DNA from: an uncultured delta proteobacterium
Lineage (GTDB): Bacteria > Desulfobacterota > Zymogenia > Zymogenales > Zymogenaceae
DNA: 64,000 bases
Direction: 5' to 3'
Assembly (NCBI GenBank): GCA_963809875.1
Contig: CAWELC010000008.1
Location: forward strand, 131,623-195,622
Part shown: one piece after another, positions 29,088 through 38,283 of the stretch
Position numbering within the stretch: the first letter of the stretch is position 1
Layout: every line of letters begins with the position of its first letter
Translations under genes and position numbers: made by a program
Notes under the pieces: generated by a model
Seen by the model: the letters and a program-made list of their open reading frames with translations, nothing else
Database searches by the model: none
Told to the model about the DNA's origin: nothing

Positions 29088-29306
29088 GGTCGTCCCTTTA
29101 GGTTTTGAAGAAATACCATAGCAGGAGGGGAGTAGTCTGTCAACCCGATTATCGGGATGAGGACGACAGCCCGCACTATATAATGCTTGAATTAGGAAAT
29201 CGAGGGCTGTAGTATGACAAAAAGAGGGTTCAGGGAGCGTCTCAAATATATTAGGCATGCATAATAATATTGTCCCCACGTAACAGCGACCCGAGGAGAT
29301 TTGACA

Positions 29307-30410
29307 ATGGGAAAAGAAGCGATACACGAGATCGGAAAGGACTTCTTCCTCTTCAGGAGCGACGAGAAGGACTTCCACCGAAATATTTACCTTAAGCGTT
29401 TCGTCGGCCGCGATGGATCGTCCATCAACATGATCTGTGACCCCGGCACGCGTCTCGATATCGGGCTGGTCCTTGGGGCGCTCAAGGAGCTGATCGGGGG
29501 TATCGAGAACATCCACCTGGTATTTCTCTCCCACCAGGACCCGGATTTGACGTCCAATATCAACGTCTTCCTGACCGGAAGTCCGGCCGCCAAGATCGTC
29601 TGTTCGATAGACACCTGGCGACTCGTGCGAATGTACGGCATCGACGACAAGCGATACTACGCCGTCGAGAATTTCAAAAGCAAGACGCTGAAGATCGGCA
29701 GGACCGGGCACCGTATCCAGTTCGTCCCCGCTCTGTTCTGCCACTTCCGTGGGGCGATGATGTTTTACGACTTTGAATCCGGGATTCTCTTTTCCGGGGA
29801 CTTCCTGGGCGGCGTGGACACCCGCAAGGGAACAGGCATCTACGCAACGGAGGAGTCGTGGAGCGGCATTTCGATATTTCATCAGCTCTATATGCCGTCC
29901 ACAGACGCCGTTCGCGAGACGGTCCAGCGCATCGGGCTTTTGAACCCGATTCCGGATGTTATCGCCCCGCAGCACGGGGACGTCATCAATGGAAACCTCG
30001 TAGTCGAATTCCTGACGCGGCTCCTGAGCCTTGAGGTCGGCTTTGATATCATTAAGAAAGAGGAGTCGCAGAAAGGGCTCTTCCTTTCGGCGATCAACTC
30101 CTTTCTCGATTTCGTTGCCGGGAAATATCCCGCGGTTCACAAAGCGCTCCTGGAGGAGTTGAAGAAGACCGGGACGTTTACCACCATCTTCGTTGTCGCC
30201 GGGGCCTCCATCATTGACATCAAGGTCCGGGCGACCGAGGCGATCGTCGGGCTCTGGGACGCGATCAGCCGAATATCCCGGCCCGAGGACATCTCGGAGT
30301 TGAGGACAATGCTTGTCCAGAGCATGGACGACGTCCACCTGAAGATCGACCCGGCCGTTTTCGGTTCGTTCGGGAAAGGGGCGGCCGAAGAGACGATCGT
30401 CGAAGGCTGA
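29307..30410 (+). CDS. Atypical MBL-fold protein (di-iron/ODP-like?) with a C-terminal helical extension
   Basis: FLSHQDPD replaces the usual HxHxDH. Downstream are CHFRG, SGDFLGG and PQHGDV. The di-iron/ODP suggestion is tentative. Confidence 0.55.
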   Translation: MGKEAIHEIGKDFFLFRSDEKDFHRNIYLKRFVGRDGSSINMICDPGTRLDIGLVLGALKELIGGIENIHLVFLSHQDPDLTSNINVFLTGSPAAKIVCSIDTWRLVRMYGIDDKRYYAVENFKSKTLKIGRTGHRIQFVPALFCHFRGAMMFYDFESGILFSGDFLGGVDTRKGTGIYATEESWSGISIFHQLYMPSTDAVRETVQRIGLLNPIPDVIAPQHGDVINGNLVVEFLTRLLSLEVGFDIIKKEESQKGLFLSAINSFLDFVAGKYPAVHKALLEELKKTGTFTTIFVVAGASIIDIKVRATEAIVGLWDAISRISRPEDISELRTMLVQSMDDVHLKIDPAVFGSFGKGAAEETIVEG

Positions 30411-30673
30411 GAGCCCCCCGATCCGCCGGGCGACAGGCAGGCCGGGGCATGACCGGACCTCCCCCCGGCCGGCCGGCGAGAAACGCCCCGGTATGGCCTA
30501 CGGCTGCGAGAATCGCCCGCCATTACCTTTTTCCCCCGCTCCGACTCGCTCCGATCGCCGCTCCGATCCTTTCGATGGGGCCGGGACGCGCCTGCGCGTT
30601 CGGGACCTGCGCATCAGCGAGAACGGGCAATATGAAGTCGGTCCACTATTTTATGACCTCGTCACGTATTTTA

Positions 30674-30702
30674 TTGACACGGGTGCGCCTTTTTCTTATT
30701 AT
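30674..30702 (+). promoter_or_regulatory. Sigma-70-type promoter for the TetR/CrtI-like operon
   Basis: TTGACA (30674-79), 17 nt, TATTAT (30697-702). Confidence 0.55.
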
Positions 30703-30756
30703 GATCCTGATTGGCCGGCCAGTCAGGATTTCCAGTCGTCTCAAGAAGGTGCTATC

Positions 30757-31389
30757 GTGACATATCAGACCGCCACGGAAGATCAGGGGAAAAGGAACGA
30801 GCGGATGCTGGCGATTATCCGGGCCGCCTATGAGATCATGGGGCGTGAAGGGTTCGTCAACGTCTCCATGTCCGATATCGCCCGAGAAGCGGGTATCAGC
30901 AAAGCGCTCCTTCATTACTACTTCACGGATAAGAACGAGCTGGTCGGGGAGATCTACCGGTATGCGATGAAGCACTATCTCGATATCGCTATGGCCGTTC
31001 TGAACGAGCCGCTCCCCCTGGAGGAGAGGATAGACGGCCTGATCGAGTCATTTCACGGTTTCATCAAGTCCAATCCGAACTGGTTCAGTGTCGTTATGGA
31101 GCTGACCGTCCTCGGCCTTAAAGACCCGGTGCGCAAGGGGGAGATCCTTTCGCAGCACGTCTTCATACGTGACCTCACCGCCGACATATTAAGAAGGGCA
31201 AAGGAAGAGGGCGAGTTCTCCCGGCGAATCGACGAAGAAGTCCTGGCGTCAATTATGCTGGCGATGGCAAACGGATTCGCGATGTCGTATGCCATCGCGC
31301 GGGAGGCTACCGATATCCCGGAATTCTTCGCCTATTTCAAGAAGATGGTGATGGACCTGATCGATACTCAAGGAGACAAGGAGCGATGA
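30757..31389 (+). CDS. TetR/AcrR family transcriptional regulator
   Basis: HTH region FVNVSMSDIAREAGISKALLHYYFTDKNEL. GTG at 30757 with AAGAAGG 6 nt upstream. The upstream part of ORF 30493.. is not protein-like. Confidence 0.85.
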   Translation: MTYQTATEDQGKRNERMLAIIRAAYEIMGREGFVNVSMSDIAREAGISKALLHYYFTDKNELVGEIYRYAMKHYLDIAMAVLNEPLPLEERIDGLIESFHGFIKSNPNWFSVVMELTVLGLKDPVRKGEILSQHVFIRDLTADILRRAKEEGEFSRRIDEEVLASIMLAMANGFAMSYAIAREATDIPEFFAYFKKMVMDLIDTQGDKER

Positions 31390-31462
31390 TTGCCGTCGGC
31401 CGCGACGGCACCGAAATGTGACTGAAGGGCGTTTTGATTTCACCACGGCGCGGAGGCTGGAC

Positions 31463-32950
31463 ATGGCTGACTATGATGTGATCGTCATCGGAGGCGGGGT
31501 TGCGGGGCTTGCCGTCGGAGGGCTTTTGGCGCGGGACGGGAGAAAGACTCTCGTCCTTGAACAGAACAAGCGTATCGGGGGGTTCTGCTCGACCTTCGAG
31601 CACCAGGGCTACTGGTTTGACGTCGGCACGTCGATTATCGAGATGGTGGACGTCTATGATCGTTTCTTTTCCCTCATGGGAACGACGACCGCCCGAGAAG
31701 TGGATCTCATCCCCCTTGACCCCGTCTATCACTATATCCTCAAGGACGGCACCGAAATCCGCTACCCGGCCCCGATCGAGGCGGTCGCCGAGGAGTTCAG
31801 GAAGCTGTCGCCCGACGACGCCAGGAGCTGGTTTCGGTACGTCCAGGACATGCGGGAATTCATCGACGTGGCGATACCGGCCTTCTTCTTCTCGCCGATG
31901 CTCGGCCTGACGGACATGCTGGGCATGTTCATAAAGAACCCGAAGCTCTTCAAATACCTGCCGCTCTTTGCGACGAGCTACCAGACGGCTATGGACAAAT
32001 ACTTCAAGGATCCGCGAATACGGGAAGCCCTCAGCTTCCAGGCGAACTTTATGGCGCTGCCCCCGTCGCTCGCCCCCGGCGTCATGACGATGCTCCCCTA
32101 TAATGAGCACACGGGTTTCTACTACTGCAAGGGCGGACTGATATCCATTCCGAAGGCGATTGAGCGGGTGGGCAAAAAGGTCGGGATGGAATTACGCACG
32201 GGCACCCTGGTCAAGAAGATCATGGTAAAAGACGGGAAGTCCCGGGGCGTGATACTCGGAGATGGGACCGAGATAAGCGCGGATGTCGTCGTCTCGGATA
32301 TCTGCGCCAAAACCCTGTACGAAGATCTGGTCGGCCTCCAACACCTCGGACCGATGGCGCGTCGCGGCGTCAGGAGCCTCGAGCCGTCGGCATCGTCCCT
32401 CATGATGTTCCTCGGCCTGGATGCGCCGCCGCCGCTCACCTGCCACCACACCCTGGCGACGATGCCGCCCGAGGATATCGACGACCTCTATTTCAACATC
32501 CTGGCCGACGGCAAGGTCGTCCAGAAGCAGTACGGACTTTTCAGCTGGAAGACCTTCTCGGACCCCGGGCTCGCCCCGAAGGGTCATCACAGTCTGGTGC
32601 TGACGATCGGCGGGGCCTATCGGAGCGACTGGGACGAGATCAAGGGACCACTGGTGGAGCAGTATGTCGACTATTTCGACAAGACCTATCTGCCGGGGAT
32701 CAAGGATCATGTGACCGTGGCGATGCTGGGCACGCCGAAAGACTTCGAGCGCGATCTGTTGGCGCCCAGAGGGGGCATCTACCTCCTGTCGCAGGAGCTT
32801 ACTCAGTCCACGGTGTTTCGACCCTCCGCCCGTTCGAGAAGCGTGAAGGGTCTCTATCTCGTCGGCGCATCGACGCACCCCGGCGGCGGAGTGCCCTCGG
32901 TGATCGCGTCTGCGCTCATAGCCGCGGACCTCATCAAAAAGTATCACTAA
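31463..32950 (+). CDS. Phytoene-desaturase-family (CrtI-like) FAD-dependent oxidoreductase, copy 1
   Basis: DYDVIVIGGGVAGLAVGGLLARDGRKTLVLEQNKRIGG dinucleotide-binding motif and C-terminal GLYLVGASTHPGGGVP. Confidence 0.85.
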   Translation: MADYDVIVIGGGVAGLAVGGLLARDGRKTLVLEQNKRIGGFCSTFEHQGYWFDVGTSIIEMVDVYDRFFSLMGTTTAREVDLIPLDPVYHYILKDGTEIRYPAPIEAVAEEFRKLSPDDARSWFRYVQDMREFIDVAIPAFFFSPMLGLTDMLGMFIKNPKLFKYLPLFATSYQTAMDKYFKDPRIREALSFQANFMALPPSLAPGVMTMLPYNEHTGFYYCKGGLISIPKAIERVGKKVGMELRTGTLVKKIMVKDGKSRGVILGDGTEISADVVVSDICAKTLYEDLVGLQHLGPMARRGVRSLEPSASSLMMFLGLDAPPPLTCHHTLATMPPEDIDDLYFNILADGKVVQKQYGLFSWKTFSDPGLAPKGHHSLVLTIGGAYRSDWDEIKGPLVEQYVDYFDKTYLPGIKDHVTVAMLGTPKDFERDLLAPRGGIYLLSQELTQSTVFRPSARSRSVKGLYLVGASTHPGGGVPSVIASALIAADLIKKYH

Positions 32951-33050
32951 GAACCGAATTCTTCCTGAGAATCGGCAAAAGAAGGCGATCCGTCCGCGGG
33001 ACGACCGGAAGGATACGACACGGAATCAGTAATCATTGTGAGAGGTGAGT

Positions 33051-34553
33051 ATGGCCGACTATGACGTTATTGTAATCGGAGGCGGAATCGCGGGCCTAGC
33101 CATCGGCGGGCTCATGGCAAAGGACGGCAGGAAGAGTCTCGTCCTCGAGCAGAACGAGCGGATCGGCGGGTTTTGTTCCACGTTCGAGCACAAGGGCTAC
33201 CGTTTCGACGTGGGAACCTCCATCATCGAGATGGAGCACGTCATCAACCAGTTTTTCAAACGCATGGGAACATCGCTGGCAAAGGAAGTGGAGCTCATTC
33301 CCATCGACCCGGTCTACACCTACGTCCTGAGCGACGGGACCGAGCTGAAATACCCGGCCGCGAACAAGGCCGTTGTCAACGAGTTCAAGAAGCTCTCCCC
33401 CCAGGACGCGCAGAACTGGCTCAAATACGCCGAGGATATGAAGGAGTTTTTCAGCGGCGTAATTCCCGCCTACTTCTACTCCCCCATGCTCACCTTCGGG
33501 GATATGCTCGGAATGTTCAGGAAAGAGCCGAAGCTGCTAAAGTACCGATCCCTGTTCTCTTCCAGCTATCAGATGGTGATGGACAAGTACTTCAAACATC
33601 CCTCCATCCGAGACGCCCTGTGCTTCCAGGGGACCTTCATGGGCATGCCGCCCACCCTGGTTCCCGGGGTCTTCTCCATCCTGCCGTGGAACGAGCATAA
33701 CGACTTCTACTACAGCAAGGGCGGGCTCATCGCCATCCCCGAGGCGATCCTGCGGGTGAGCAGGAAAGCCGGCATGGAGTTTCGCACCAGGGCCCTGGTG
33801 AAGAAGGTCATCGTGAAGAACAAACGCGCCTGCGGGGTTGTGCTCTCCGACGGTACGGAGATCACGGCCGACGTGATCGTCTCGGACATCAGCGCCAAGA
33901 CGCTTTATACGGACCTGATCGGGCTTTCGCACCTGGGGCCGATGGCGCGCCGGGGCGTCAGGAGCCTCAAAAGCTCGCCGTCCGCGCTGATGTTCTTCCT
34001 CGGGCTGGACGCGGCGCCGCCGCTCAAGAGCCACCACACCATAATTACGGCTTCCCCCGATGAGTTCGACCGGTTCTATCATCAAATGAACGTCGAAAAG
34101 CGGATGCCCGACCGTCAGGCGGGATTGATCAGCTGGAAGACCTATTCCGATCCCGATATGGCGCCCAAGGGGCACCATACGGTCGTGATGACCCTGTTCG
34201 GCCCGTACCATCTGGCCGGAAAAGACTGGGACCGTATCAAAGACGAGATGACCGAGGAATACGTCGACTATTTCACCACCAACTATTTGCCCGGTATGAA
34301 AAAGCACGTGACCGTGGCAAAACTCGGTACACCCAAGGATTTCGAGCGGGATCTTCTGGCCCCCGAGGGCGGCATCTATCTCCTCGCCCAGGATATGGGC
34401 CATTCGGGCGTATTCAGGCCGGCGGCCAAGTCCAAGGGCATCGAGGGGCTCTATCTCGTGGGAGCATCGACCCATCCGGGGGGCGGGGTACCCACGGTTA
34501 TCTGCTCGTCGTTAATCGCGGCCGAGCTTATCACGAAATACGAACAGAAATAG
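33051..34553 (+). CDS. Phytoene-desaturase-family (CrtI-like) FAD-dependent oxidoreductase, copy 2 (tandem paralog)
   Basis: Collinear with copy 1 along its full length (DYDVIVIGGGIAGLAIGG..., GLYLVGASTHPGGGVP). Confidence 0.85.
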   Translation: MADYDVIVIGGGIAGLAIGGLMAKDGRKSLVLEQNERIGGFCSTFEHKGYRFDVGTSIIEMEHVINQFFKRMGTSLAKEVELIPIDPVYTYVLSDGTELKYPAANKAVVNEFKKLSPQDAQNWLKYAEDMKEFFSGVIPAYFYSPMLTFGDMLGMFRKEPKLLKYRSLFSSSYQMVMDKYFKHPSIRDALCFQGTFMGMPPTLVPGVFSILPWNEHNDFYYSKGGLIAIPEAILRVSRKAGMEFRTRALVKKVIVKNKRACGVVLSDGTEITADVIVSDISAKTLYTDLIGLSHLGPMARRGVRSLKSSPSALMFFLGLDAAPPLKSHHTIITASPDEFDRFYHQMNVEKRMPDRQAGLISWKTYSDPDMAPKGHHTVVMTLFGPYHLAGKDWDRIKDEMTEEYVDYFTTNYLPGMKKHVTVAKLGTPKDFERDLLAPEGGIYLLAQDMGHSGVFRPAAKSKGIEGLYLVGASTHPGGGVPTVICSSLIAAELITKYEQK

Positions 34554-34569
34554 GAGGGCGGAGGAGAAG

Positions 34570-34719
34570 ATGAAAATTACATTGATTATCCTTGTCGTTA
34601 TTGCGGGCCTCTTTCTGCTGGGATGGCTCAACTACCTGTTAATGAGCAAACCAAAGAAGATCTTCCTGAAGCAGCAGCTGAAAGCGCTTCCACATATGCT
34701 GCCGCGCTATTTCGTCTGA
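34570..34719 (+). CDS. Small (49 aa) single-TM protein, below the ORF-track cutoff
   Basis: GGAGGAG lies 6 nt before the ATG at 34570. Translation is MKITLIILVVIAGLFLLGWLNYLLMSKPKKIFLKQQLKALPHMLPRYFV*, a hydrophobic helix followed by a basic tail. It starts 17 nt after the CrtI-like copy 2 stop. Confidence 0.5.
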   Translation: MKITLIILVVIAGLFLLGWLNYLLMSKPKKIFLKQQLKALPHMLPRYFV

Positions 34720-34799
34720 TCCTGATTCGCAGCGGCCCCGGTCAAATCCGGCGATCTCTCTTTACGACCAGCCACCGGATTGGTCCGGGGCCGCCCAAA

Positions 34800-34940
34800 C
34801 CTTTCACCGTCCGCCTCAATCGTACGTCTGTAGGGGATGTTGTTATCTCCGACATCAGCACCAGGACCCTCATGGACCTGATCAGCCTTTCACCTTTCGC
34901 ACCTTGGACCGCCGGCTCGCGCCGGGTTCGGGGGTCGACG
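34800..34940 (+). pseudogene. Decayed fragment of a third CrtI-like paralog
   Basis: Translation ..VGDVVISDISTRTLMDLISLSPFAPWTAGSRRVRGS parallels ADVVVSDICAKTLYEDLVGLQHLGPMARRGVRSL of copies 1 and 2. There is no intact flanking ORF. Confidence 0.5.
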
Positions 34941-35022
34941 CGCCCGACGGTGTCGCGTCGTATTATGCGATCCCGAGACCCGAGAATGCCGCACAATCCA
35001 TGCGTTTTTCGCAACTCTCGTA

Positions 35023-35051
35023 TTGACAAGACTTACCCGAGAGGGTAGAAT
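35023..35051 (+). promoter_or_regulatory. Sigma-70-type promoter for tRNA-Arg
   Basis: TTGACA (35023-28), 17 nt, TAGAAT (35046-51), ~19 nt before the tRNA 5' end. Confidence 0.6.
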
Positions 35052-35069
35052 CTACCATTCATACATAAT

Positions 35070-35147
35070 GCGCCCGTAGCTCAGCCCGGATAGAGCGCCA
35101 GACTACGAATCTGTAGGCCGCAGGTTCAAATCCTGCCGGGCGCACCA
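35070..35147 (+). tRNA. tRNA-Arg (anticodon ACG), CCA encoded
   Basis: Cloverleaf read by eye: acceptor GCGCCCG/CGGGCGC, anticodon loop CTACGAA, T-arm GCAGGTTCAAATCCTGC. Confidence 0.9.
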
Positions 35148-35327
35148 CTACGTTAGATAGCTAAGAGGCGGCCATGTCGGAAGACAGGGCTGGAAGGGGA
35201 GCATCACGGGGCGTATCTATTGGCTTGAAATAGAAGCTGATATTTGATATAATATATAAGATACGCCACGGCCGCTTTTTCGATGGGTGACGCAGCACAT
35301 GGAAGCACGGATGCCCGCGGTATCGCT

Positions 35328-35793
35328 ATGCGGCCTGATTCTCGCGCCGATCATAGCGCATATATGCGCCAGGCACTCCGGCAGGCCGAAAGGGCGCTGG
35401 CCCGCGGAGAGGTACCCGTCGGGGCGGTGATCGTGCTCGATGGGGAGATAATCGGGAAGGGGGAGCAATCGGGTCATCGGCGCGTCGGACCCCACGGCCC
35501 ACGCGGAAATTGTCGCCCTCAGACGGGCGGCGAAAAGGATCGGAAACTACCGGCTCGTTGGGGCCGATCTGTACGTGACCGTCGAGCCCTGCGCGATGTG
35601 CGCGGGGGCGATTGTCCAGGCGCGGGTGGCCAGGCTCTTTTACGGGGCACCGGATCCCAAGGCGGGGGCGGTCGATTCCCTCTACAAGCTCTTGGGAGAC
35701 GGCCGGCTCAACCACCAGGTCGAGGTAACGGCGGGAATCCTTGATGAGGAGTCCCGGGCGCTGCTGGGATCTTTCTTTAGAGAGAGGCGATGA
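35328..35793 (+). pseudogene. tadA: tRNA adenosine(34) deaminase TadA; frameshifted as sequenced
   Basis: N-terminal YMRQALRQAERALARGEVPVGAVIV. After the G5 run at 35459-63 the reading shifts to [20 protein letters not shown]...[13 protein letters not shown] (HAE and PCxxC zinc motifs) in the +1 frame. Confidence 0.88.
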
Positions 35794-35801
35794 GGTAACA
35801 G

Positions 35802-35895
35802 GGAGAGGTACCGAAGTGGTCGTAACGGGGCCGACTCGAAATCGGCTTGGGGGCTTAACCCCCCCACGTGGGTTCGAATCCCACCCTCTCCGCCA
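35802..35895 (+). tRNA. tRNA-Ser (anticodon CGA), class II long variable arm, CCA encoded
   Basis: Acceptor GGAGAGG/CCTCTCC, anticodon loop CTCGAAA, long variable arm, T-arm GTGGGTTCGAATCCCAC. Confidence 0.88.
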
Positions 35896-36019
35896 CATAG
35901 TTCTCTCACGGACCATGAACATTCGTGACGGCATGAAAGGCCTCCGGCAATGTTATATCGGCCGGAGAATTGCCGCGAGAGCCCGCTGTAGGCAGATATT
36001 CAGGAAAAAACCATAATAC

Positions 36020-36110
36020 GGAGAGATGTCCGAGCGGCTGAAGGAGCACGACCGGAAATCGTGTGTGCGTTAATAGCGCACCGTGGGTTCGAACCCCACT
36101 CTCTCCGCCA
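36020..36110 (+). tRNA. tRNA-Ser (anticodon GGA), class II, with an unusual C at position 33
   Basis: Acceptor GGAGAGA/TCTCTCC, anticodon stem CACGA/TCGTG, loop CCGGAAA, long variable arm, T-arm GTGGGTTCGAACCCCAC. Confidence 0.8.
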
Positions 36111-36127
36111 CGTATCACTCCGCAAGC

Positions 36128-36249
36128 GGATATCTGTGATAGCTGGGTCCTGTGCAATAGACGCCCTCAAACCCCGTCAGGTCCGGAAGGAAGCAGCGGT
36201 AGAGGACCTCTCTATGTGCCGCAGGGGCGCCTAGCTATCACACATATCC
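36128..36249 (+). ncRNA. ffs: Small (4.5S-type) SRP RNA
   Basis: Conserved domain IV sequence GTCAGGTCCGGAAGGAAGCAGC. Long closing helix GGATATCTGTGATAGCTGGG / CCTAGCTATCACACATATCC. T-run follows. Classic position upstream of dnaX-ybaB-recR. Confidence 0.85.
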
Positions 36250-36266
36250 GTTTTTCAGTTGTATAG

Positions 36267-37935
36267 ATGTCATACCTTGTTATCGCCCGAAAATATCGGC
36301 CGCAAACCTTCGAAGAGGTGGTCGGCCAGGGACACGTCACCCGAACCCTGAAGAACGCCATTACCCAGGGAAGGATCGCCCACGCCTACCTTTTCTCCGG
36401 CCCGCGGGGAGTGGGGAAAACCACCGTAGCCCGGCTCCTGGCCAAGGCGCTCAACTGTGAGAAGGGCCCCACCCCCGATCCCTGCAATCAATGCGCGATG
36501 TGCCGGGGTATTGTCGATGGGAGCGTCACGGACGTCTACGAGATCGACGGCGCCTCCAATACGGGAGTTGACGATATCCGGGAGCTCAGGGAAAACGTGC
36601 GCTATCTTCCGTCGGCGGGACGCTACAACATCTACATCATCGATGAAGTCCACATGCTGTCGATCAATGCGTTTAACGCCCTCCTCAAGATACTGGAGGA
36701 GCCGCCGGCCCACGTCATTTTCATTTTCGCCACGACCGAGTCGCATAAAATCCCCGTGACCATCCTATCGCGAACGCAGCGCTTCGATTTCAAGAGGATC
36801 GCCGCCCAGGAGATCAAGAAGCGGCTTTCCGATATCGCCGAAAAAGAAGGGATCAGTGCCGCCGAAGGGGCCCTCACGGTCATCGCCCGGGAGGCCGCCG
36901 GCAGCATGAGGGACGCCCAGAGCCTGCTGGATCAGGTCATCGGGTACGCCGGCGGGTCGATCTCGGAGGAATCCGTCCGCGAGGTCCTCGGCCTTACCGA
37001 CCGGGTCCTCCTATTCAAGATGGTCGAGGCGGTCGTCGCGGCACGACGCATCCCTGGCGATCTACAACCTTTCGGATGTCTATAACCAGGGATACGATAT
37101 CGTCCAGTACTATCGGGAGCTGATCGACCTGATGCGTAACCTCCTGCTTATCAAGGCGGCCCCGACCATATCCACTCCCGACCTGACGGCAGAGGAACGG
37201 GAGGAGCTGGTGGCCGTGGGCGATCCGCTGTCGCTCGACGAGCTCACGCTGATCTTCAACATCCTGTTTGCCGCGGAGTTTTCCATCAAGAGCAGCGGCG
37301 ACCCGAGGATCGCAATGGAGCTGGTCCTCATCAAGATGACCCGTACCGCCTCGGTCGAATCGATAGCCGAGGTAATCGAAAAGCTCTCGCGCCTGGAGAA
37401 GGGGGCGGCCGGTGAGCCGCCGGCTGATGCGTCAAATCGCTCTTTCGAATTTCAGCCGAAGACTACCCCCGCGACCCCGCCCCTCGGTGACCGGGGGGAG
37501 CCCGCCGAAAAAGGGCGCGTCGCGGGCGGCGTGGAGAAGATCGAGGGGGCCGGGGAGAGTGACATTGAGGGGTTTGTCTCCTATCTTTCGGGAAGGGACC
37601 CGGTCATCCATTCCTACCTGGTCTATGCGGTCTCGATTCGAATCGAGGGAGATAAGGTCGTGATCGAGCTGCCGAAGCGATATATACACCTGGTTTCGGG
37701 AAAAGATAAGATCGAGAAGATACAGAATGAATTTCGCGAGTATTTCAAAAGGCATCTGACCGTTTCGCTCGTCGGTGTCGACGGGCAGTTCGCCGAGCCG
37801 AGAGACGAAGAGCCGTCGAAGGTTTCGGAGGGCGGCGATACATATACGCAGATCATTGAGTCCCGAACGACAAAGAACGTCAAGAAAGTATTTTCCGACG
37901 CGACCGTCGAAGGGTATACCCCCCGCAAGAAGTAG
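36267..37935 (+). pseudogene. dnaX: DNA polymerase III subunit gamma/tau; frameshifted as sequenced
   Basis: ARKYRPQTFEEVVGQ, GPRGVGKTT, IIDEVHML and a Cys4 zinc module lie in ORF 36267..37085. After ~37041-44 it continues ..DASLAIYNLSDVYNQGYDIVQYYRELIDLMRNLLLIK in the +1 frame (ORF 37132..37935). Confidence 0.9.
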
Positions 37936-37952
37936 GACGAAAGGAGGCGACT

Positions 37953-38280
37953 ATGGTCCGAATGGGTGGCGGCCTGGGCGATATCATGAAACAGGCCCAG
38001 AAGATGCAGCAGGAGCTGCTGCGGATACAGGAGGAACTGGCGACAAAGACCGTGGAGGCGTCGTCGGGGGGCGGGATGGTCACCGTTGTGGTCAGCGGAC
38101 GGCTGGAGCTTCCAGTCCATAAAGATCGAAAAAGACGTGGTCGATCCCGGCGACATCGAGATGCTCCAGGACCTGGTCCTGGCCGCCGTCAATGAGGGGA
38201 TCGCCAAGGCCCAGGAAATGACAAAGGACGAAATGGCCAAGGTAACGGGGGGATTGCCCATCCCGGGACTTACCGGATAG
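37953..38280 (+). pseudogene. ybaB: Nucleoid-associated protein YbaB/EbfC; frameshifted as sequenced
   Basis: LGDIMKQAQKMQQELLRIQEEL...GGGMVTVVVS, then DGWSFQSIKIEKDVVDPGDIEMLQDLVLAAVNEG in the +1 frame. The junction is at ~38094-99. Confidence 0.88.
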
Positions 38281-38283
38281 TCG

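Noticed and set aside
28419-30338. A 639-aa minus-strand ORF that would be the largest protein in its region.
   Set aside because: Only the last 222 codons (from ATG 29087, MKITENIF...) are an MBL hydrolase. The upstream 417 codons are antisense to the well-supported plus-strand gene 29307..30410 and cross an AT-rich promoter region. ORF 10295..11143 is similar: only 10295..10738 is real.
35802-36110. The two long-variable-arm tRNAs as possible tRNA-Sec, which would support the selenoprotein call.
   Set aside because: Their anticodons read CGA and GGA, not UCA. Their acceptor and T arms have normal tRNA-Ser geometry.
35682-36266. ORFs 35682..35909(-), 35906..36157(-) and 36063..36266(+) in the tRNA/SRP RNA region.
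   Set aside because: They overlap two tRNA-Ser genes and the SRP RNA, and their translations are not protein-like.
37020-37140. The dnaX frame change as the classical programmed frameshift that produces the gamma subunit.
   Set aside because: The known event is a -1 slip on an A-rich heptamer well downstream of domain III and yields a truncated product. Here the change is net +1 at ~codon 258, with no slippery heptamer, and the essential C-terminal part continues in the new frame. It fits the window-wide insertion pattern instead.
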